Shown here: piece after piece, positions 42,063-53,984 of the stretch | Numbering within the stretch: the stretch's first letter is position 1 | How the letters are laid out: every line of letters starts with the position of its first letter | NCBI GenBank assembly: GCA_951406725.2 | Contig: OX597820.1 | Span: 86,056,001 to 86,120,000 of the forward strand | Source: Octopus vulgaris | Lineage: Eukaryota | DNA length: 64,000 nucleotides | Direction: 5' to 3' | Translations under genes and position numbers: made by a program | Notes under the pieces: generated by a model | Database searches by the model: none | The model's input: only the letters and a program-made list of their open reading frames with translations | Told to the model about the DNA's origin: nothing

Positions 42063-42802
42063 AACAATTTTCACTGATCTCGGTTCTAGCGTTGAACGGC
42101 TACCGACTGCTATTTCTAGCAATAAGTGGTACCTTGTTATGCCACTATTCCCTATTTATAATTCTACCTTTACCGTGCTTTATTTCGATAGAAAATAATA
42201 TTATTGTATTGTAATATTTATATTTTCATATAAAGCTAAAAATACTAAATCCTCGACAGTTCGACCTCTCAATTCACCCCAACTCTTTTACGGGAAGTGA
42301 TGTGATTGAGTGTGATTATGTTGTATAAATTGTACAAGTTAATGTCACATGATTATTTGTCTATAGAAGCTGTACTCCAACTTTGTCAGTGGTATATTTC
42401 TATGTATTTCTGATACCATCATTTATGATCATGTGGAATGGGTTTTTTTTTTTCATATGATAAACCTAGAAATATAATGAGCACTGGTTTTGAATTTTTA
42501 TAATTCTTTCTCTTACGTACTCTGGTGTATATGAACCCTTTCTTAAGCGGTTCCAATACCATAATTTCAGTGTCTGTAGCAAGAGGCTGCGAGCTTCTCA
42601 CTCAACCGTTCTGTATTTGTTGGGATGGGTGGAACTCAGTCGTCTCTTATCAAGGCTTTCAGTGTACAACGGATTTTGATCACAAAACACTGATGCCGAT
42701 TTCCCCCCTCTCTCTCTTTCTCACACTCTCTCTTTCATTCGCACAGATACACTCACTCTTTCCCTCACTCTTTCTTTCTGTCTCTCTTTGTTTGTCACTC
42801 TT

Positions 42803-42835
<33 letters not shown>

Positions 42836-43084
42836 TTATCTCTCTTCCTTTCTCTCTAGTCTGCTATTTTATACATCTACTCGTGCAAGATGAACAGAAA
42901 GTTGATCCGATTTGTAGATACGAACTCATAGCTTAGAGAACCGAAACAAAATACGCCACGACATTCTGTCCAATACTCAAACGATTATGACAATTCTTCA
43001 TCAGGAACACTATATAACTTCACCTGATTATATATACACTTTAGATGAGTTGTAGTGCACCTGAGCACTGTACACAATTATTAA

Positions 43085-43115
<31 letters not shown>

Positions 43116-43996
43116 TAATATACTTGTCATGCTCCAGACGGACTGTTATATTTACAATACTCTTTACAACAACGATTTCACTGTTTAAAAAATGGGTTAT
43201 AGTTGCTATATGTGCATTGCCTATATTGAAATAGATTCTAGCAAATGTCTTGACAGCTGGAAAATACTGTAATTATCTAAAACTTTTCTATCGCCATGTT
43301 TGAATACGATCACGAAGTTGGTGTTTTTCCTATCACTGAGTCTATATGATATTCCAATTATTACTGCAAAGTCGAGTATGTTCTGGAGTAGACCTATAAA
43401 TCAGCTTATCTAAACTTCTCAAATATAGCTACTTAACTAACCTGTCACACACTTATATTTACCAAATCTCATTTTTATGCCTACCAAAACCAGAACTTTC
43501 ATATGACTGCAGACAGGTGTTTTCACTAAAAGTTAATTTCCTACAGTGCAAAAATAAAGTTCTGTAGAATTGAAAAATTCACCGTCGCAGTTGTCGTTAC
43601 GAAAACATCAGGTAATTGAAACATTATTTAATTTTCTTGTCTTTTTTCTCTTCAAAATTTACCGTCTTTTCTTTCGTCTTTTAACCTTTTAAGTATTACC
43701 TTTAATATTACAAATTTAGAAACTTGCACACATTACCGGAAGAAAGTAGATGAATATGCAATGCATCTATCAGCTACTTAAATATTCAATTTCCTTTGCT
43801 GTGTCTGTGTGCTAAATCAAATTCTCACGCTTACGTGATTTGCTTTAAACCATTCTCCCCACTTACCTAAAAACATACACATTCTCAGCAAGATTCCACA
43901 TTGGTTGGGTATTCTTTCGATAAAAAGAATGAAATGTTTTTTTCTCTGCCTTTCCATCTAAACTTCTCTCTCTGTACTTATATCTAAACCACTGTC

Positions 43997-43999
<3 letters not shown>

Positions 44000-44039
<40 letters not shown>

Positions 44040-44122
44040 CTGTATGTATGTATATATATATATATATATGTATGTATAGATATATATGCATATATATGTA
44101 TATATATATATATATATGCATA

Positions 44123-44176
<54 letters not shown>

Positions 44177-44773
44177 CACACACTCGCACACATTCTTTTA
44201 TTCACTCCCTGATTCTCTCTCTCAATCTCTCTATCTCTATCTCTGTCTTTCACTCTCTTTCTCTCAGTCTATCTCTATCTTTTTTTCTCTCTCTCTCCCT
44301 CTCCCTCTCTCTCTCATTCTCTCTCTCTCTTTCTCTCTCCCTCTCTCACTCTCTTCGCTTTCAATTTCTCGTAAATATCTTTCATACAACTAGACTGGAA
44401 CCCTGTCAAATATCAATTATAATTCGTTTTATACTTTCTTCGCACGAATACGCCTGATTTTTCACTTTCATACTTCTGTACCTATCCAACGGACACGAAA
44501 TGAAAAGATTTGGCAAGCAGTAAAAGGACTAATTTTTTCTTGTCACGCATCAACAGTAAAAACATTATTTGAAGAAACTTATCTTAGCCGTCAAATTCAT
44601 TCTACATCGACATTAAAGAACTCGATAAAAATCGCCATAGCGTGTGTATATATGAGTAATTCTATGTGTACCTCTGTGCGTACTACATATATATGCACAT
44701 AAATATGTGTGCGCTTGTATGTATGTGTATACATATATATATATATATATGTATGTATGTATTTGTGTGTGTG

Positions 44774-44812
<39 letters not shown>

Positions 44813-44916
44813 ATTCATACATACATACACATACACACACATATACATATATATGTATATAATATATATTTTATACGTATGTATGAGTACATACATATAC
44901 ACACACACACACACAT

Positions 44917-44964
<48 letters not shown>

Positions 44965-45103
44965 GGGGTTGTATAATGTTTATATGTCAATAAATATATA
45001 TATTTATGTATGTATGTGCATTCGTGTACGTATTTCAGAATGTGTGCCTTTAAATACTAAGAGTATATATGTATATATATATATACATATATATATATAT
45101 AAT

Positions 45104-45164
<61 letters not shown>

Positions 45165-45300
45165 CATGCGATAGGTGTTTGCGAGAGAGAGTATGTGTGT
45201 ACTTGTGTGTTTGTAAGAATCTATATATATATGTATCTTTATGCACATGTATGTGTGCGTGTATGTGTGGGTGTGTGGGTGTGCGCGCGCGCCTGTGTAC
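44000..45300. repeat. Compound (CT)n/(TA)n/(CA)n microsatellite fields
   Basis: Directly visible. Confidence 0.9.
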
Positions 45301-45761
45301 GTGTAGATAAGTGGGGAGATATATTTCTGAGACACAAACATTAACACAAAATACCGAATGTTTCTTAGAGACAATTATTTTGATTTTAAATTGCGGCGGA
45401 TATCTTTTATGTTTTTCTCTATGTTGTTTGTATAATTAAGTATTTTTATTAATTATTCTATAACAGAAGAAATATTTCTACATTGATATTGCTGAGCGCT
45501 ATTATGTTTACTTGCTATTTCTCGATATCTTTATTTCTTCATATTGATACAAATGTAATACAGTAACGGCATAGTTGATGGTTCTTATGTTGTTGGCTTT
45601 TTTAACGCCATTGCTGCTTTCATTTAGAATAGCTATAAGCGAAATTGTTCCCTATTTCACTACCACAACTTTTTTCAGCCATTCTGTATCTAGGATGAGA
45701 GTACCACAGTCTAGATACTACATTCTACCGATTTTATTGAAGCAGTATCTTGAACTGTGCA

Positions 45762-45850
45762 GGCGCTTGACTTGGTGGTTAGGGGTGTCGGACCCATGAT
45801 CTTAAGATTGTGGTTTCGATTCTTGGACCGCCTGATACGTTGCGTTTTTG
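45762..45850 (+). mobile_element. SINE family C head only
   Basis: tRNA-like head colinear with 45941-46025. Confidence 0.65.
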
Positions 45851-45940
45851 CTCTTCCATCAGCACCATTACCCATCCCATCAACTATCAACAAACTCATG
45901 ACTTAAAACCCACTAATTTTAGCGGTGTAACACTAGTGTG

Positions 45941-46183
45941 GGGGTGCGTGGTGTAGTGCTCAGTGTGTTGGACTGATGATCGTACAATTGTGGTTTCGAT
46001 TCCTGGACCGGGTGACGCGTTGTATCCTTGAGCTAAACACTTCATTTCACGTTGCCCCAGTTCACTCATCTGGCAAAATTGAGTAATCCTGCAACGAACC
46101 GGTGTTCCGTCCAGTTGGGGAATATATACGCTAATAAGTCGGCAAACTGGCCCTTATGAGCCAGTACGATGCGAGAAGGTGTC
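45941..46183 (+). mobile_element. SINE family C copy
   Basis: tggtgtagtgc (A box), gtttcgattcc (B box), ctgcaacgaaccggtgttccgtccag, ggcccttatgagccag; shares its 3' part with 39250-39556. Confidence 0.8.
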
Positions 46184-46480
46184 TTTACAGAAAACTAGTG
46201 GATGTGACAATTAACACACTAGACATATTAACATCCAGTAGGTTGATATTAATTACTAACAAGGACAGTATTTACTTTTGCAACCATAGTACACTACCTA
46301 GTATATTCAAGGTTCACATGTCAATACCGTATCTATGGTTTATCACTTAATGATATAAGATTTGGCAAGCATTTTTAGCAGATCGTGTGACCACGTAGAC
46401 CCTCCGTTGTTGGCTCCTTGTGCTACCGTTTATGGTAAAACAGTAGTAGTAGCAGTAGTAGCAGCAGCAGCAGCACCAGC

Positions 46481-46532
<52 letters not shown>

Positions 46533-47058
46533 AAAGTAGTAGTAGTAGCAGCAGCAGCAGCAACGGACACTCGGCTATGCATGTCTGTCCTACTTTAGAT
46601 CTACAGAAGGAAGAACAGAAAAAACACACTACATCTTTATATGAATTATACCTTTTATTTAACCATTGGAAGCTATCTGGACTGAGCCGCCATGGTCTAG
46701 CAAACAACTAGCCCTGCACTCAATACGAAACACGATCCGAGTACTTGATGTAATTATATAATCTTGTAATCTTGGTAATCGATTGTTTGATAATTTAATT
46801 ATTTTAATTTAATTATAATTCAATCATCTGTTTGTATAATTTTCTTTACGGATTGTATTTTTATCGTTGTTATTACATCTACCATGATTACTGTCTCGTG
46901 TTTATCAGTACCACTGTTACTACAACGACATTTACTACTACTACGACTACTACTACTAATACTACTACTACTGCTACTGCTGCTGCTACTACTAATACTA
47001 CTACTATAGCTGCTGTTGCTGCTGATACTGTTATTACTTTTTGTTGTTATTGTTGTTC

Positions 47059-47091
<33 letters not shown>

Positions 47092-47788
47092 TTTTCGCAA
47101 TATAGTAAATAAGATTTTTGTTCCAATAGTTTGATTACAGTTTTCGAATACTCTATCGCAAACCAAAAACACACAAACACACACACACACACATACACAC
47201 ACACATACATACACACACAAATCCACTATGTTTTCGCTTCTTACAGTGGCGACATTTAAAATCCACTTGTAGAGGTTTCTATTTACAAATAATTAGATTT
47301 GATTTCACCATTTATCAAGATGAGAATTGTCAGATAGAAAGTTCGAAGTACCGACACGTCTGTCGGTTAACTGGTGCATTATCGATTTGGCCATTTCCAA
47401 ATTCTTCTTCAATTAACATTATACTAATTCCGGAGTTTTATAGCGCGTAGATGGCATCTACAAGTAGCCATCTACGAGATTGCTTAAACAACTAGACATC
47501 ACGTCCTGTTCTGTTAGAAAATGAGGACAATTGGTATTATTGCTTTATTGATAGTTACGACTAGGATACCTTAAATTTCATTCGTATTAAAAAGCTCTCA
47601 TTATATCATAAATAATTTTCGACTCATTTCGTAGGTGAAATGCAAAAATGAATCGAGTGGGCTTTTAAACCACAGAACAAAAGTAAGTTAAGAAAATACA
47701 GTAAAATATTTCGTCTGTCACACAAAAGATCTGACACCTCTTGGCTAAGTTTTTTTTTTTCATCTATCTATGAAAGAATATATATATT

Positions 47789-47825
<37 letters not shown>

Positions 47826-47829
<4 letters not shown>

Positions 47830-48034
47830 ATATAATAAATATTAGGGAATAAATCCAAATTTACAGGGAAAAAAATCAGATTTAGGATTAAATCCAATTT
47901 TATAGTAAAATATTATAAAATATTATTAGAGACAAAACCACTATTTTGACTATTTATTAAAATTTTATGTATTGATTAAGTCTTTCCTTGTTTGTTTTGC
48001 AAAATAGTGGTTTTGTCTCTAATAATATTTTATA
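47826..48034. mobile_element. AT-rich insert with perfect 35-bp inverted repeat, flanked by (TA)n (Penelope-like architecture)
   Basis: Arms 47914-47948 and 48000-48034 (tataaaatattattagagacaaaaccactattttg and its reverse complement), 51-nt spacer; (TA)n on both sides. Confidence 0.6.
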
Positions 48035-48053
48035 TATATATATATATATATAT

Positions 48054-51000
48054 TCTCTTTTGGCGCCCTATTATTTAACAAAGCTACAGGTTCGATTTCC
48101 ACTCGTTTAGTTAGTTATTTTTTTCTCTCCAGCCTTATTTTTTCTTTTAAATTGGAATATAAAATGTTGCTTTCACCCGAGGCTGGAGAGAAAGATACCT
48201 GTTACGATTCTTTTCACACGTGTCAGCCACATGGCCTCCTTCGCTGTAGCCATTAAGCAGAGAAAAGTTGCCTGTCATCCCTTGTTGAAAAAAAAGCTGT
48301 GGAACAATCTTGATAATGGACTCGGTTGACAGCTATGCTCTTCCTGTGCGTGACAGCTGGTGTTCAACATAAGCCCATAGCTCTGATATCCGCGACCCTG
48401 CATGATCGCATGCAAAACAGTTTCACTGCTCTGCTCTCATCTCGGGCATGTTGGCGTGGTGGTACTCCCGTGTCTAAAGAGTTTATCTCGGACGAGTAGT
48501 GCACCTCGGTAGCACTGCCAGTCCAGGGATTTCTGGTAGTTATCGATAGGCGCCGGCCCAAAAGTCCTCCCGAACAGACCGGCAAGTTGACTGTCATCGA
48601 AATCCATGGTCACCCCTAGGACGTCCTCAGACTTGCCCGTTACTGACTCCCTATCGAAAGGCGAGGTGGATCCCTGCCGTTCGTGTTTCCTGTTTGGGAG
48701 AGAAGCAAGAGAGCTTGATAGCACACTGCTTGCCAAACACCCAACCTAGGTCTACGCCTGATCCACGGGTTCATCTCACTAGAGGAGGTGCATGAGTTTG
48801 GGCGGCATCGGTCTGTTTCTCCAGGTGCTAAGGAGTAGGCCGACTGATTTGTCCTGGTTTATTTTTGCTCATGTCACCACTTCGTAATCTTTTGTGGTAC
48901 CACCTACTTGTTGCAGGTGATTGTCACCTCTCCATGGTGTAGTGTATGGGGTGAGAGATGGGCTTGATATTATCATAGGAGTCCCCCTTTTTTAGATCCA
49001 ATTTAGCAGCACTATGAGTCTTCGGTTTACAGAACTGGGAATGCTCCCATTTTTCTGCCACTTACGTCTAAACAAGTCTGGCATGTTGTAATAAAATTCG
49101 TAGGGTAGACCATCGAGCACCGGCGACTTATCGCTGACGCAGCCTGATAGGGCTACTTCCACCTACGCAGCTGTGATCGGCCCTTCCTACCCCGAGAGTT
49201 GCGGCAAGCCGTCGAGGAAGTCTGTGAAGTTCATCTGCGTCCTGTCGCGCCACTCGTCCCGAAAAGCTGAGCGAAATGTTGGTGAAAGATCTTACAAATT
49301 CCATTGAGTTCGTTTATTAATCGCCCCTGTTGGTTGACCAAAGACATTATGGTGGCATCATTGCCACATTGAGACCCTACTACATGGGCCAATGGGGGTC
49401 CTTGATTCCCTCTTGTCCCATGGCACGTATCTTAGCTCTCACGATGCATCCATCTTGTTTGGCATTGAGGTGTCGGTCGAAGGCTAACCTTGCTGCCAGC
49501 ACGAATGATGCGCTACCTGCCCCCATTGCCTCTTCTAGGGACCTAATTCTCTTTCTACTCAATTTTTTCTCAAGTACTAATTCTATGCTAAACCTAATTG
49601 ACTCAAATTTTATGACTCTTTTGAGGGCGTACCACCAGTTGTTATTTAAGATGGTGTCTATTAACGCTCTCTTAACTATAACTCGCTAATCCGGTTACTG
49701 TATGCGTTACATGCTAGGAGCGATTTGTTTAGTTTCTAGTAACCGGAGGCCTCCCTAGGAAAGTTATCTACGGCAAGCCTACAGGTTACGAATTTGTGAT
49801 GACCGGGGAAATATTTTTGAACGAGGCCAACGTCTTCCGGTTAATTTTTTAGTTCTAAATATATATATATTGTCAATATTGATGAATGAATTGTTTTCTA
49901 GTATGTTCGGGTTTCGTGGACAGTATGAGGTGGGATATGTGGATTGTTATGTGTGAGTTCCATTAAGGTGGTATTGTTAGTATTGATCGCTGTAATGTTG
50001 ATGATGGGTTTCCGGGTGATGGGTTAGTTGTTTGGAGCTTCAGTGTTGTAAGTGTGGGTGACGGTGATTTTGTGTCAGTGGTGTTAATGTGTGTAGGGGA
50101 GGATTTTTTTTGTTTTACGTATTTTAATGATTTCCGTCCATTCATTTTGGTTGGCTTCACTTCCTTTCTCGGGGTTTCCAGTTGGGTTTTTTTTTCGGCG
50201 TTGTGCTGGATGCCGTCATTCTGTCTTCTTTTGGGATTTCAATTTGTGTGGCATTGTTGGGTGGAGGGATCACCGTTTGTTGTTGGTCTTGTGGGCAATC
50301 GTTTCTTATATGACCCTTTTGCCCACGTTTATGAAATCGTGCTTTTCTTCCCTCCACCATTACTCTTAATGTGTTTCCATCAAGTAAAATTACCTGGTCT
50401 GATAGATCTTCGAGGTCTCTTTGGGTGGCCTGGATTATTAGTTCCAGGCCCTGACCCCACCAGTTTTGTTGGTGCAGCTTGGTCGCTTGGTACCTTGGAG
50501 GATAGTAATTCTACCCTCTATGTTCGACAAAACGGCTGCTACCAACCATCCACATCGATTTCTGGTGGGACCTCCCCTACCCTGATTGTCGAAGTTCGCT
50601 TTCCGAGACAAGTCGGCAGTATCACCATTTCTGCAAATTTTAGGGTTGTTGTGGAGTGTTTTTCCGCGGCTTCTTCGGAGGCGAACCTCACTTAAACAGT
50701 GCCATATCACTTTCCTCTTGCTGTGTATTTAGTTTCTTGCCAGATGGGTTGGAGACATTTTTCTATACCCCCTTTGGCTGCCATTTCAATTTCGTTTTGT
50801 CTTCAGTGATAGTGTTTTATATACGATTGTCTTTCATTGTGTGGTTGGTATTACATCCACCGGAGAATTTAGCTTAATGTTAGTGGCCTCTTTTAACAAT
50901 TGGTTTTTACATTTTTCTCGTTCGCTTAGGCTTACTTGTATTTTTTCCAGGTTAACACTGGATACGGAAGCGAAGTTGGTTTTTTGTTAACATATGGTTT

Positions 51001-51380
51001 GGTTGGTGAGTTTTTCATTAATGGCGGGTTTTTTCTACTTCCTCCTTTCGTGGCTTGGGAGGAAAAGGAACATGCTGAACAACTTTTTTAATGTGCTTGT
51101 TTGGCTTACCTTTTGTTGGTACAAATTTCCATGTTTTTGCATGTAGAAATAATTTTAAACACAAAAGAAAATAATAAAAATAACTCGCCCCTAGATAGGA
51201 GAAATTCACAAAACAACCATGTTCAAGTGCAGAGAATGTTTCGAAAAGACACAGAAAACAAAATGGTAACAAACACTGGTAATAACAAGTAAAACAGCAA
51301 ACCTACAGTTAACTCGCAGCAGCAAAAAGTATGTCCGTTCAGTAAAAGGCACTAAAAGAGAATGAGTATCCCCAGATATA
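48054..51380 (-). mobile_element. Tx1/L1-clade LINE, degraded and internally deleted (ORF1 knuckle, APE end, RT start, C-terminal CCHC)
   Basis: ORF1 remnant GQKGHIRNDCP (~50300-50340); GHHKFV...GY*KLNKSLL (~49720-49810); KSPVLDGLPYEFY (~49090-49130); WQCYRGALLVRDKL...TCPR*EQSSETVLHAI (~48400-48530). (TA)n at both ends. Confidence 0.85.
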
Positions 51381-51385
51381 TTAAA

Positions 51386-51450
<65 letters not shown>

Positions 51451-53597
51451 CATACATATACACACAGACATATATACATAGAGAGGTGTGTGAGAGAGTG
51501 AGAGAAAGAGAGTGCAGGCGACCTTGCGCGTGACACGCACCACAAAACCTCGCGCAGCATGCTGAATGGGATGCAACTTTGACATGATATTAACATACGT
51601 GATATCAGTTAACTCTCCGATTTGAGAAGGATGTCCTGGGTTGGTGTGTATTCTAGAATATTATGTACCGGTCTTGTTAAGTTCAGTACTAATATCAGTT
51701 AGATGAGACGTGGTGGAATATAACAACTTAATCGCGTAGGGTTTAACAATCTTACACTTGCTTGATTTGAGAAAGTGCTTTTCTATATATAAAAAAATTA
51801 ATTATGCTAGTCTTCTTATTCATTCGTCTTCAATATTCAAAGGAGATTACCGAAATTCTAGAGTAGGATAGCTTGGTAACATTTTTGTTGAAATGCCATG
51901 GTAGCTGCCTTGCGAGGAAGGACGTCACTGCGGTCTGGTAAAAGATCTTGAGATGCTGGTTTTCACTCAAGATGAGAATGGTAGGCCTATTTGGCGCGAT
52001 GTATTCAACCAAGTGTCGCCAGATTAATATTCGATAGGTATGCTCGAAGAGTTTCTGTTATGTTTTCTGGTATAGTTCTCTGTACCTGAACAACCCCACA
52101 GGACCACCTTAAGATTTGTCTACGAGATGAAATTAATTCTGTAATTTTGGCAAGTTCCCTTGAGAGACTCACAATATTCTGCGACTTTATTGAAGATGTT
52201 TTTTATTTGAGGAAAACCTGGATACCCCAAATGAGATTTCTCAATTGTGCTTTATATTACATACATAGAAGGTACAGATAATATATTTCCGAATCGCAAT
52301 ATAATGTAACAACTAAAACATACATCCTTTTGTAGCACTTTTTGAAGTGAGTAGAGAAATCGAAGTTCCGAAGAAAACGTGGAGACGTTTTTCCTGTCTT
52401 ACCACTTCAAATTGGGAATATCCGGATCTCCTTTAGTCAGTACAAAACTACAAGGTTAGTAACCTGGGAGAAATCAGAGAACAGCCACGTATAACTCATT
52501 AGCCCTGAATTCCTTACACCGATCTTCCTCTTGGAAAGAAATCAGCGCTTTCCTATCAGCATATATGAACTAAGAGAAATAAATAAGGATTCCCAATGGC
52601 ATGCATATGAACAACATATGCAAATACAGTTATGTCAAATATAATATAACATAAATTCTTGATTTCATATAATTATCTTTACCTCTCCCTTCTCTCTCTC
52701 TCTCTCTCTCTTTTTTTCTTTCGCTCATTCTCTCTCTTTCTCTCTCCCCTCTCTGTCTCTCTCTGCCGATCTCTTTCTGTATCGTATGTATGTTTGTACG
52801 TAATGTAATATATGTATATACGTTAAATGGAGTGTACATTAAAACGAAAGCGAAATGTTTTGATTCAAACTAATATTCAAGTAAAGTTTCGTAATAGTTT
52901 GTAGTGCATTATTCTTGCCAGACACAAGTTTCAGGAACAAATCATAACTTTCGATGTTACGACATTTTGAAGATTAAAAACGAAAGCTTGGGAAATGAAA
53001 TCAGAGACAAAAGAGACCCCTCCACCCATACACACTCACACACACCACACAAACCAAAAAATAAAAAATAAAATAATTTATAAAAGCAAATAAATATCAC
53101 TCAGCAGTTAAGGAATAAAGTAGTGAGAGATTACGATTAAACAAAGATATTCTAACATCGTTATAGGCAACTAATCTTTTGCACTGCAAGGCATAAACTA
53201 TTGTTGATCGCATTTGATGGTTAAGTGAAACCTTTGGGTATTCTGTAGACTATAGACTCCTTAATAACGAGATTGAATAGAAATAAATGTATTTGAGACA
53301 ACTGGGAAATCAAGAGCAAGCTTCCAAGTCGAAAAATATGATATGATTAACAAGTTCTTTTGACCTTTTTATTGTACTAATGTTTCATTAGTATCAAACA
53401 AACAATTTCGACCAGTCGAAATCTATATCGGTCTCTACACCTATCCTGTGGGTTATATAATATTCATTAATAAATATACCCACAGACACTTACACAAACC
53501 CCCCCATATATGAGTGTGTGTACGCGGATGTGTGTGTATGTGTGTGCTGTGCTGCGTTTGTGCGTGTACGTGTCTGTGTTTATGTGCTCGATAATGC

Positions 53598-53629
<32 letters not shown>

Positions 53630-53744
53630 ATATATACACACGCACACAGACATATCTACATATGTGTGGTGTGACTGTGAGTTGTGTATGGTTTTGTATA
53701 TTTGTGAGAATATAAATGTATATATGTAATGCTTGTACGCACAA

Positions 53745-53799
<55 letters not shown>

Positions 53800-53984
53800 C
53801 GTATTCACATACCTATATATGCGTGCGTACGTGTACGCATACACATTTGTATAATATTTATATGGTCCTAATGCTCTTTCTCTGTCTCAAATTGGTGCTT
53901 ACGATGTCTGCTACTGTGAATCTATAATTCGCTCTGTACGAATATGCATACACATATAGATGCATACATACATATTATTATCTT

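Noticed and set aside
51600-52500. Possible APE-LINE relic on the minus strand (YIAPN-like motif)
   Set aside because: Too degraded to support a call without an HMM search.
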